The position numbers and the translations under genes were made by a program. A stretch of DNA of 51,830 nt, taken from the IMG/VR virus record IMGVR_UViG_3300049926_000051, positions 1 through 51,830 of that record, one strand, 5' to 3'. This document shows, piece by piece, positions 19,043-27,226 of the stretch. The notes beneath the pieces are model-generated. The model made no database searches. It worked only from the letters and a program-made list of their open reading frames with translations, and was not told the DNA's origin. The stretch comes from a virus. Lineage: Duplodnaviria > Caudoviricetes. Positions within the stretch are counted from its first letter, which is position 1. The number at the start of each line of letters is the position of its first letter.

Positions 19043-20491
19043 GTGGCGCTAGTTCCTCCCCGTCGAGCCGCTCAAGAACTGATCCGCCGGTCGCGCGTAG
19101 CAGCATTTGACCCGCGGGCGCTTTGCCATGCCGGCCAACTACCGTACACCGTCAGTCGCGCCAAGCGCAAGGTCGTACGTACGCCGAGGCGTGTCGGTAA
19201 GACGTACGCTGAGGCCATGGTGCTATTGCGGGGCGCCATGGAGCCCCCATGGGGCAATCAGTTGTATATCACGCTGAGCCTCAAGAATGCGAAGCGGATG
19301 GCATGGCCGACCATCAAGAAACTTAACAAGGAGTTCGACCTCGGCGGCCAGGTCAACGATGCCGAGGGAATGATTCGGTTTCCGAACCTTCCCAATGAAC
19401 CCATTATCTACCTCGGCGGGTGCAAAGACTCCGCAGAGATTGAGAAAATTCGTGGTTACGAGGGTGGCTTAAAGCGAGTCATCATCGACGAGGCACAGGC
19501 GATTCGCAAATCCCTGTTCGGCCCGCTGATCGAAGAGATCGTCGAGCCGGCCCTACTGGACTACAACGGTGAGTTGGACGTGGTCGGGACTCCCGGCGCC
19601 GTCAAGGCCGGTTACTTCCATGACATCGACGTTGGCGACAAGTCCGCAAGTTGGGAGCACTTCTTTTGGGACGCCTATGCCAATACCTTCCTTGCGGAAA
19701 AGCGAGGCCAGGCGACCGACGAGATGCTCGAGCAAGTCCGGCGAGAACACAACTGGCAAGAGGACTCGCCGCGGTATGTCCGTGAGTACCTTGGGCAGTG
19801 GGTTACCGACACCGACTCGCTTGCGCTGCATTACGATGCGGAGCGCAATAGGTGTGATTGGCAAAACGAACCTGTCCCTGGTTGGACCTACCTCCTGACC
19901 TTCGACATCGGATTTGAGGATGCCGACGCAATAGCCGTTCTGGGCTATCCTCCTAACGCCAGGAAGCTTCATCTCGTTCGCGAACTGATTACCCGCAAGC
20001 AGGGGATAACTGAGCTTGGAACGCAGCTCAAGACGTTATATGAGACCTATCACCCGTTGCAGGTTATCGGCGACTTGGGCGCACTGGGCAAGAAGATCGG
20101 CCACGAGCTAGAAGCGCGGTGGCACCTGCCCGTCGAGGCAGCAGAAAAGAGCCGCAAGGCGGAACACATCGAACTCCTGGACGACGGCTTGCGTACTGGC
20201 GCGATGCTGGCGCCACCTGACTCGGTGTTCGCGCAAGACTGCGCAATCGTGCAATGGGATGCTGACCAAAAAGCGAAGGGTAACCTCGTGTTCGACGCAT
20301 CGTTCCATAGTGACGTTGTAGATGCCTGCCTCTATGGCTACCGCGCTGCCTTCCACTGGACCGTTGACGACTCGGCGCAACCTGACGTCCCGATCGAAGT
20401 AGCGCAGCACCGTGAAGCCGTGCGGGCAGAGTTGCGCGAAGTAAGGCAGCAGGAAGACGACGCGTATGAACGGAACATGGGATGGGGATAA
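19043..20491 (+). CDS. terL: terminase large subunit
   Basis: PRRVGKT Walker A, IIDEAQ Walker B, GTP coupling motif, REYLGQW, and nuclease acids (FDIGFED, HSDVVDA). Confidence 0.93.
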   Translation: MALVPPRRAAQELIRRSRVAAFDPRALCHAGQLPYTVSRAKRKVVRTPRRVGKTYAEAMVLLRGAMEPPWGNQLYITLSLKNAKRMAWPTIKKLNKEFDLGGQVNDAEGMIRFPNLPNEPIIYLGGCKDSAEIEKIRGYEGGLKRVIIDEAQAIRKSLFGPLIEEIVEPALLDYNGELDVVGTPGAVKAGYFHDIDVGDKSASWEHFFWDAYANTFLAEKRGQATDEMLEQVRREHNWQEDSPRYVREYLGQWVTDTDSLALHYDAERNRCDWQNEPVPGWTYLLTFDIGFEDADAIAVLGYPPNARKLHLVRELITRKQGITELGTQLKTLYETYHPLQVIGDLGALGKKIGHELEARWHLPVEAAEKSRKAEHIELLDDGLRTGAMLAPPDSVFAQDCAIVQWDADQKAKGNLVFDASFHSDVVDACLYGYRAAFHWTVDDSAQPDVPIEVAQHREAVRAELREVRQQEDDAYERNMGWG

Positions 20492-20551
20492 AGGATAGGA
20501 ACCAAAAAAGCTGTACGTTCAAAGTCGCGTTGTCGTGCAATCGTTTCTCAT

Positions 20552-20650
20552 CGGGATGGGTGTGTTACTTGGACAAACACGGGCACTGATCAGCCTGCGG
20601 GAGAAAGTGAGACTACCCCGCTTGCAGGTTCGAATCCTGCCGTCCCGACC
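20552..20650 (+). tRNA. tRNA-like cloverleaf, long variable arm, degenerate anticodon arm
   Basis: Acceptor CGGGATG/CGTCCCG, then ACC; D stem GTGTT/AACAC with GG in the loop; T arm GCAGG-TTCGAAT-CCTGC; 8-nt loop ACTGATCA. Confidence 0.6.
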
Positions 20651-20689
20651 TAACGTCCGTCATACCCCGATTGCCCGTTAGTTGCGATC

Positions 20690-21300
20690 GGGTGCGCGCA
20701 AGCCAAGGCGAGCCATGCCTTTGGCACTTGCGAGTTATGGACCGTGGGGTGTCGTTCGTTTGAACGACGATGGCCGTCGTGAAGTTGTAAACCGGGGAAT
20801 GTGTTGGCTCGCGGCTGAAAAGCTCGCTGGAGCCATGCGCGACCAGTCGACGGAGCGAGAAATCGCCGAAGGCTGGAACTATCTCCCCGCAAAAGTTGGC
20901 GTCGTCCAGGACGCTCGGGGCCTTACATCCGCTAAGGGTGGTAGGCGTCAAACCCAAATGGCTGGACTAGACACGGGGCTACTACCTCGTGGTTTTGGGA
21001 TATCTATCCCACGGGAAGGATTGGCTCAGGGTCGCACGCCGCCGGGGACTACCGATAAGCCCCGGTACCAGTCTGATGGTCGCAGTCAGGGACCAGGCCC
21101 GATCAGTCGGAACACCGTAAGCGGTCAGAAGTCCCGCGATGTGCTGGGCTCACGAACTCGGTTCGTTGGTCGAGCACACCCCCGGGACCAGCAGCCGCCA
21201 GGCCGACGCACTACGTTACGGTTCGACTAGGTACGTCACGAGAGTGGGTATCTAGTACCATCTGCCACCCAAAGAATCCGGACAGAGAGCCGGAGACAGA
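20690..21300 (+). ncRNA. candidate large structured non-coding RNA
   Basis: More than a dozen consecutive hairpins, three with GNRA tetraloops, and nested multi-helix domains. Confidence 0.6.
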
Positions 21301-21359
21301 GGGGAGCACGGGGGTGTTAGCGGTCCGCCCAAATGCCAACATCGTAGTAAGGATTACAA

Positions 21360-21599
21360 ATGTTCTGGCACAAGAGAAAGCCTAAACCGCTAGCAAACGA
21401 AGTGGACATGGTTGCTAAGTTTGGCGCACCAGAGGGTTGTCAACTGGCACCGATACATTGCGTCCAACTGTTTCAGTCGATCCGCGAGGCTAGCAACGAA
21501 CCGCCGTTGTGGATCTGGAAGGCGACGATGTGGTGGTTGGATAAACACGGACTGTCCATCGACGCGACGATCAGGAAGGTAACTCACGAGAGCGTTTGA
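21360..21599 (+). CDS. hypothetical protein
   Basis: TAAGGA site before the ATG. Confidence 0.55.
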   Translation: MFWHKRKPKPLANEVDMVAKFGAPEGCQLAPIHCVQLFQSIREASNEPPLWIWKATMWWLDKHGLSIDATIRKVTHESV

Positions 21600-21607
21600 C
21601 CGTACCC

Positions 21608-21622
21608 GGGTGCGCCCGCGCC
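21608..21622 (+). promoter_or_regulatory. late-promoter-like motif, copy 3
   Basis: GGGTGCG-CC-CGCGCC, 6 nt before ATG 21629. Confidence 0.65.
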
Positions 21623-21628
21623 CGGTCA

Positions 21629-21916
21629 ATGGCATTCCCTAGCGCCGAAGAACTACGCGCCCTTCTCTCTGCTGCCCGCGACGCCGGGTGTACTCACCTC
21701 AAGATTTCGCCAACCGGCATCGAGGCGGAGTTTGCGCCCAAGTCGGTCCTCCAGGAGATCAACGAAACCGTCCCGCTGGCTTTCGATCCGCTGGATATCG
21801 TTCGTCGAGAGGTTGCCGCTCAGACGAAGACGTCGGCCGTTGACCTTTTCGACGTGGTCGCCTCCGGTGGTCGTATCGTCGATGCTGGCAACCCTGACCC
21901 GACGGCAGCCCAGTAA
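21629..21916 (+). CDS. small protein upstream of the portal
   Basis: MAFPSAEELRALLSAARDAG...; TAATG coupling to the portal. Confidence 0.7.
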   Translation: MAFPSAEELRALLSAARDAGCTHLKISPTGIEAEFAPKSVLQEINETVPLAFDPLDIVRREVAAQTKTSAVDLFDVVASGGRIVDAGNPDPTAAQ

Positions 21917-23808
21917 TGGGAGCCACGGGCGGCAACGCATTCCTGAGCCAGAACGGCCGCTGGTGGAATTCCGATGAGGCGTCGCTTCCGACCACGCTTG
22001 CCGCAGTGGCGGCTAATCTAGAATCCTACGACTTCGAGCGGCGTGCTCGTAACCTGGTCTTCGCGCGTCTAGCGACGAACCGAGATCTCCCGAACATCTA
22101 CGGCCTGAGCATCACGCGGTCGAACGTCCGCGCGCTGGACTTCAGCGACTGGCGAGCGCCGGTCTTCAATGTCGTTGGCTCGAGTGTCGAAACGCTGGTC
22201 AACAAAGTCGGGCGTAACAAGCCATGGATCCTGTTCTTGACCGACGGTGGCGACTTCAGCGCCCGCATGGCCGGCAAGAAAAAGTCCCGCTTCGTCGACG
22301 GCATCTTCCACGAAACCAACACGTATCGCCTGACTCGCCAGGCTTGCCAGGACGCGCTGACCTACGGCGACGGGCTCATCAAGGTTTCGGCATCGCTCGA
22401 CGGCAAGTCGATCGTCCATGACGTCGTCCTGCCTGACGAGATTCTGATCGACCCGTGGGACGCGCTGTATTTCGGCAAGTGGCCCCGATCTCTCATCCAT
22501 CGCACGTTCGTTTCGCGCACAGAGCTCCTGAGCATCTTCGGCGACGACGAAGCGATCCGCTTCGCGATCGAAACCGCGCCCGGTTCGTACCAAGGCCCGA
22601 TGTGGGCAGGCGGCGCAACCGGCAACCAGCACAACGCAATGGTTGCCGTACTCGAAGGATGGAAGCTTCCCGACGCTGACGGTACACCAGGGCGTCACGT
22701 GCTTTGTATATCGGATCGAGTTGCCCTGATCGACGAAAAGTACAAACGTAAGCGATTCCCGTTCGCCAAGATGGCGTGCGTTAGCGCGGGGCGTGGGTTC
22801 TGGAACATCGGCATCCCTGAGATTCTCGGGCCGTTCCAATCGAACATCAATCGCACTCAGATGGTGATCGACGAATGCCAACGACGCCTTGCGTCAGGGC
22901 GCTGGCTTGTCCCGACCACATCTGGTGTCACCGACGACGCCCTTGGCTCGCGGGCCGCGGGAATCATTCGCCACAACCCGAATCAGCCTCCCGTGTTCAT
23001 TACGCCAGCTGCAGTACCCCCTGAGCTCTATCGGCACCTTGAAGACACGATCCAGCGAGCCTACAAGCGAGTCGGTATCTCCGAACTCGCCGCTCAGGCG
23101 CAGAAGCCCGCTGGCCTGAACTCGGGCGAAGCACTGCGCACGTTCGAGAACAGCGAGTCCGAGCGTTACGTAACCCTCGGCATGGCACTTGAGGATTTCG
23201 TCCAGGATATCGCGACGCTCGATCTTGAATTGGCCGCTGAGATTGAGCCCAAGGTTCGGGCGCCGCGCGGTGGCGGCATCGACGTCATTGATTGGTCCGA
23301 GATCAAGGGACTCCGCGACTCCGACGCCATCATGAAGGCCTTCCCGGTCTCATCGCTTCCGACAACGCCCGCAGGTCGTTTGCAACGTGCGGCTGAGATG
23401 TTCCAGACCGGCCAAATCAGCAAAGACGACTACCTGCGAATCATCGATTATCCCGATACCCAATCGATCATCGATTTGCAGACCGCAAGCCGCGATGCTA
23501 TCGATTTCATGCTGGACAAAATCGTCGAGGAAGGCATGTTTGAGTCGCCCGAGCCCTACATGGACTTGACGCTTGCGATCACCGTGGCGCAAAACCGGTA
23601 CCTGCGCGAACGGACCCAAGGATGTCCGGAAGATCGTCTTGAGTTGCTTCGTCGCTTCATGGACTCCGCCAAGGATCTTCAGGACAAGATCAACGGAACT
23701 GGCCAGAATGCTGCCCCGGGCCAGCCGAACGTGAACCAGGCTCAAGCAACGGCCGCTGGTCTTCCTCCGCCTGTCCCGCCCGTGATTGGTGCGCCGAAGG
23801 CGGCTTAA
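21916..23808 (+). CDS. portal protein
   Basis: 630 aa after terL; FPF..., RVGISEL..QKPAGLNSGEAL portal-like motifs; P/Q/A-rich tail. Confidence 0.85.
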   Translation: MGATGGNAFLSQNGRWWNSDEASLPTTLAAVAANLESYDFERRARNLVFARLATNRDLPNIYGLSITRSNVRALDFSDWRAPVFNVVGSSVETLVNKVGRNKPWILFLTDGGDFSARMAGKKKSRFVDGIFHETNTYRLTRQACQDALTYGDGLIKVSASLDGKSIVHDVVLPDEILIDPWDALYFGKWPRSLIHRTFVSRTELLSIFGDDEAIRFAIETAPGSYQGPMWAGGATGNQHNAMVAVLEGWKLPDADGTPGRHVLCISDRVALIDEKYKRKRFPFAKMACVSAGRGFWNIGIPEILGPFQSNINRTQMVIDECQRRLASGRWLVPTTSGVTDDALGSRAAGIIRHNPNQPPVFITPAAVPPELYRHLEDTIQRAYKRVGISELAAQAQKPAGLNSGEALRTFENSESERYVTLGMALEDFVQDIATLDLELAAEIEPKVRAPRGGGIDVIDWSEIKGLRDSDAIMKAFPVSSLPTTPAGRLQRAAEMFQTGQISKDDYLRIIDYPDTQSIIDLQTASRDAIDFMLDKIVEEGMFESPEPYMDLTLAITVAQNRYLRERTQGCPEDRLELLRRFMDSAKDLQDKINGTGQNAAPGQPNVNQAQATAAGLPPPVPPVIGAPKAA

Positions 23809-24001
23809 GTGTCTGACGCATCGAGTAGCATTGGTCATAAAACTGATGATTCGTTCTGGCCGTCCAAGCCAGATCCGAAGGCGGTTTTTGCCGAGACATT
23901 CCCATCCCCTGTTTCGCGAATCGACTGGACGCTTTTTTGCGACGTCGAAGATCTCGTCAAGCGCAACATTCTGCGACGGGTAACGACTAAACCGTAATAC
24001 C

Positions 24002-24016
24002 GGGTACGGCTACGCC
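24002..24016 (+). promoter_or_regulatory. late-promoter-like motif, copy 4
   Basis: GGGTACG-GC-TACGCC, 6 nt before ATG 24023. Confidence 0.65.
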
Positions 24017-24022
24017 AGGGCA

Positions 24023-25153
24023 ATGGATCCCGTCACGGCCGTTATCACGGACGCAGGTAGCGCGGCAACTGGAACCGCGGACGCCGTCGCTGGCAATCCG
24101 AATCCGTCTCTCAGTGCCGATATGGCAACTGGAACGGACACCGCTTCGACTCAGGGAGAATCGGATTCAAGCGGGGCTCATACCCCCGCCTCAGCGGGTT
24201 CGACTCCCGCCCCTGGCACCACTCCGGGCGAAACTCCGCCCGAGCCGCGCGCCAATGTGACGGCAAGGCTGGCCGCCCTGTCCCGGGAGAACCGGGAGGC
24301 AAAGCGCATCGCGCGCGAAGCCGGGAACGCCCGGAAAGCTGCTGAAGCCAGGGCGGCCGAAGCTGCTGCGAAGATATCGGACTTCGACGCCTTGATCGCC
24401 AAGGCAAAAGCCGACCCGTCAACTATCCCCGCTCTGGTCGATAAACTCGGTATCACGTTCGAGCGCATCGTTGAGTCTTATGCCGCGTCGGGAGAGGAAG
24501 CAACGGCCGAGGCAAAGACCGCGAAGGAATTGGCTGACATTCGCGCCGAACTGGCGGAGACGAAGAAGCTTCGTGAAACTGAACTGGCCGAGAAAACGCG
24601 GCGTGCTGAAGAGTCGCAGCGAACAGAAGTCATCTCGACTATCTCGCAGCGAATCGAAAAAGCAAAAGACAAGTTCGAAATCTGTGCGCGGCTCGGAGAC
24701 GAAGCGGCAAACGATGTTTTTAAGCTCGTGGTCGCGACCTGGGAGAAAGCCGGGCGCCCTGAGTTGATGCCGGGTGAGTTCGAAGAGGCTGTTGACGCGG
24801 CCATGGAAGTCACCGAGGCAGGGTACGAAGATCGCGGTAAGAAGCTCGCGAAGGCAGCGCGCGCAGCGGCTACGCCCGGGGCTACCGCAACCAACGATTC
24901 CAACAAAGGCGGTCTGGTCAAACAGGGCGTTGCTCTGCCTGACTCGCTGACTGCTAAACCACTGAGCGACAAAGATCAGGACATTCTAAGAGGGCTCACC
25001 GACAAGACGGCCCCGGCGTACGACTCCCAACGAGCGAAGCCGAGAACAATCAACTCATCTCTGGGTGGTTCCGCCCCTCCGCGCCAATCGACGCCGGGAG
25101 CGATGGACCCGCGCGACGCACTTAGGGAAGTGCTGCGCCCGTACGTCCGGTAA
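24023..25153 (+). CDS. capsid scaffolding protein
   Basis: Between portal and capsid; disordered N-terminus, A/E/K coiled coils, short C-terminal helix. Confidence 0.78.
   Translation: MDPVTAVITDAGSAATGTADAVAGNPNPSLSADMATGTDTASTQGESDSSGAHTPASAGSTPAPGTTPGETPPEPRANVTARLAALSRENREAKRIAREAGNARKAAEARAAEAAAKISDFDALIAKAKADPSTIPALVDKLGITFERIVESYAASGEEATAEAKTAKELADIRAELAETKKLRETELAEKTRRAEESQRTEVISTISQRIEKAKDKFEICARLGDEAANDVFKLVVATWEKAGRPELMPGEFEEAVDAAMEVTEAGYEDRGKKLAKAARAAATPGATATNDSNKGGLVKQGVALPDSLTAKPLSDKDQDILRGLTDKTAPAYDSQRAKPRTINSSLGGSAPPRQSTPGAMDPRDALREVLRPYVR
24150..24221 (+). tRNA. initiator tRNA-Met(CAT)-like element embedded in the scaffold CDS; D loop truncated
   Basis: Anticodon arm CGGGG-CTCATAC-CCCCG, 5-nt variable loop, T arm GCGGG-TTCGACT-CCCGC, 3' CCCTGGC-A-CCA. 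Confidence 0.6.
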
Positions 25154-25195
25154 CCGCCTCCAATTCGTCTTGTCTCCCTGTAAGGAGCGATCTCC

Positions 25196-26428
25196 ATGAT
25201 CGCTGATATCGTCGCAAACGTAGAGCCTATCTACAAGCAGTGGTACGCGTCCAGCTACGAGAACATGTTTTATCGCGATCGGCCCGCCATGGGCATGATC
25301 GCCAAAGAGCGAGCCGGCGGTGAGCAGGTTAAGCAGCCCATCAAGGTGAGCCAGGGTCCCGGTCAGTCGGCGACCTTTACCAACGCTCAGGGCAATGTCG
25401 GTCTTGCGGTTCGTCGCCCGTTCCTCGGTGATTGGGGCTTGGACTATTCGATCGCTCGTGTCTCCAACACGCTGATTGAGCTTTCGCAGGACAACAAGGG
25501 CGCAATCGTCAAGGCGCTCGCGGATGAGACCGAAACTGCGGTCGATGCTCTGGCGCAGCGCTTTGAGCACGACATGTTCCGTTCGGGCTACGGCGACTGC
25601 GGCGTGATCGCTTCGATCTCGACCACCGTTGTCACTCTGACCCTTCGCGCCGACGCTCAGAACTTCTTCCCCGGGCAGGTTCTTGTTGCTGCACCCGCGG
25701 TCAACACCGGCGTGCTCATCAGCGGTGGCGCGACCGCACTGGTGTCGGCCGTCGATCGCGACGCTGGCACCGTGTCGAGCGCAACCAACTGGACCACGCA
25801 GATCGCTGCGCTTGTCGCTACCAACGTCCTGTTCCAGCAGGGCGACCGTACCTCGGCTGCGACCCCGTCGCCGCTTAAGGTTGTGGGCTTCGCTGGCTGG
25901 CTGCCCCTGACGGCTCCGACCGGCGGTGACAACTTCTTCGGCGTCGATCGTTCGCTCGATCCGGTCTCTCTGGCTGGCGTGCGCGTCGATGGTCGTAGCA
26001 AGCCTATTTCGCAGGCGGTCTATGACCTCGCGGTGCGCATCGGTGAAAACGGTGGCGCTCCTGACACCTGCTTCATCTCGTTCGACTCGTTTGGAAAGCT
26101 CGCCGTCGAGCTCGACAACCGGGCCGTCTACGACAACATCCAGGGCGCGGGCATCACGATCTCGTACGAGGCGATTACTGTCGCCGGTCCGAAGGGTCGT
26201 ATCCGCGTGTTCCCGTCGACGTTCTGCCCGATGGATCGCTTGTTTGTCATCACCAAGCGTGATTGGACGATCTACTGCGGCGGTGGCGCGAACCCGATGT
26301 ATCCCGCGCTCAAGGGCGTCAGCTTGCTCGACGTCTCGAATGCGGACAGCACCGAGGTGCGCCACAAGACGCTGGCCCAACTGATGTGTGCGGCTCCGGG
26401 TCACTCCGGGGTGTCGCAGCTCGCCTAA
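25196..26428 (+). CDS. major capsid protein
   Basis: 410 aa after the scaffold; TAAGGAG site; strong codon bias; FFGVDRS motif. Confidence 0.85.
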   Translation: MIADIVANVEPIYKQWYASSYENMFYRDRPAMGMIAKERAGGEQVKQPIKVSQGPGQSATFTNAQGNVGLAVRRPFLGDWGLDYSIARVSNTLIELSQDNKGAIVKALADETETAVDALAQRFEHDMFRSGYGDCGVIASISTTVVTLTLRADAQNFFPGQVLVAAPAVNTGVLISGGATALVSAVDRDAGTVSSATNWTTQIAALVATNVLFQQGDRTSAATPSPLKVVGFAGWLPLTAPTGGDNFFGVDRSLDPVSLAGVRVDGRSKPISQAVYDLAVRIGENGGAPDTCFISFDSFGKLAVELDNRAVYDNIQGAGITISYEAITVAGPKGRIRVFPSTFCPMDRLFVITKRDWTIYCGGGANPMYPALKGVSLLDVSNADSTEVRHKTLAQLMCAAPGHSGVSQLA

Positions 26429-26436
26429 TCGGCCCT

Positions 26437-26480
26437 GCTGGCGCACCTGGGATTTCTGACGGGGTCCTGGGTGCGCTGGC
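26437..26480 (+). other. ~20-bp G-U-rich hairpin directly after the capsid stop (terminator, stabiliser or processing site)
   Basis: gctggcgcacctgggatttc-tgac-ggggtcctgggtgcgctggc. Confidence 0.65.
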
Positions 26481-26483
26481 GCC
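26469..26483 (+). promoter_or_regulatory. late-promoter-like motif, copy 5 (leadered)
   Basis: GGGTGCG-CT-GGCGCC, 17 nt before ATG 26501, with AAAGG between. Confidence 0.45.
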
Positions 26484-26500
26484 TTATTTGAAAGGTTCCA

Positions 26501-26899
26501 ATGGCGAATCAAAAGCTTTTTTACGAAGAGGGCATCAGTTATACGAAGGGCGCAACCCTCGCGCTGGTGATCCCGATTGGCGCAACCGGGGCGCCCGGCA
26601 CGCCCGTTCTTTCGAACGGCTTTGCCGCCACTCCGTTGACCCGCACTGGCGCTGGGCTCTATACCCTGACGCTGAAAGAGCCTTGGGCTAACCTGCTCTG
26701 GTATTCGATCCTGACTGTTCAGGCCACCGTGGCGGCGGGTGACGGGCTTAACGGCATTATCACCTCGACGGCGTCGTTGGCAACTGCGGGAACGCTCACG
26801 TTCACCATGCTGAACAACTCCAGCGCAGCGGCGGATCCTCGCAACCCATCGACCTTGCAGATTCTGCTTGGCCTCAAGAACAACAGCAACTTTCCGTAA
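26501..26899 (+). CDS. virion structural protein (possible head decoration)
   Basis: T/A/G-rich beta protein, TRTGAGLYTLT; follows the capsid gene. Confidence 0.6.
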   Translation: MANQKLFYEEGISYTKGATLALVIPIGATGAPGTPVLSNGFAATPLTRTGAGLYTLTLKEPWANLLWYSILTVQATVAAGDGLNGIITSTASLATAGTLTFTMLNNSSAAADPRNPSTLQILLGLKNNSNFP

Positions 26900-26912
26900 G
26901 AGGTGAGCCGCA

Positions 26913-27188
26913 ATGGCAATGGACAAGCGACAGCCTCTCTCGGTAATGATTGCGCTTCAGAAGAAGCCGGGAAGCGACAAGGATCGAGGGAGCGATACGT
27001 CTAGCGATGACGCGCCCGATGATTCGGACGACTCGCGTTACGCCGCCCCGGCGCTAATCAGCGCCGCCGAAGACGCAATCGACGCGTTTAAGAACCGTGA
27101 CGCCAAGGCGCTTGTTACTGCGCTCTGTCACTTCCTGGACGCCCACGGTCCGGTCGATCACTCCGAACCTGACGAAGACGACAAGTAA
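26913..27188 (+). CDS. small acidic protein
   Basis: GAGGTG site; D-rich. Confidence 0.7.
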   Translation: MAMDKRQPLSVMIALQKKPGSDKDRGSDTSSDDAPDDSDDSRYAAPALISAAEDAIDAFKNRDAKALVTALCHFLDAHGPVDHSEPDEDDK

Positions 27189-27191
27189 TAC

Positions 27192-27224
27192 GGGCACCCG
27201 CTGGTAACTCGGCGGGTGTTTCTT
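27192..27224 (+). terminator. intrinsic terminator
   Basis: gggcacccgctg-gtaact-cggcgggtgttt followed by a T-rich run. Confidence 0.65.
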
Positions 27225-27226
27225 AA

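Noticed and set aside
20552-20650. tRNA-Sec or tmRNA
   Set aside because: No UCA centred in a 7-nt loop, no G3-U70 pair, and no tag reading frame between the arms.
20682-21230. 182-aa ORF across the structured region
   Set aside because: Not called as a CDS: the distal part is R/G/P/S-rich and the whole span is better explained by RNA helices. A real protein from ATG 20715 is not excluded.
21121-21290. RNase P or HEARO/omega RNA identity (GAAGTCC, AGAATCCGG, CTACGTT fragments)
   Set aside because: Only short partial matches; I could not build the RNase P P4 pseudoknot, and no IscB/TnpB gene is adjacent.
25055-26926. 623-aa minus-strand ORF
   Set aside because: Antisense shadow of the codon-biased capsid genes; no protein-like motifs. 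The same applies to most long antisense ORFs in the track.
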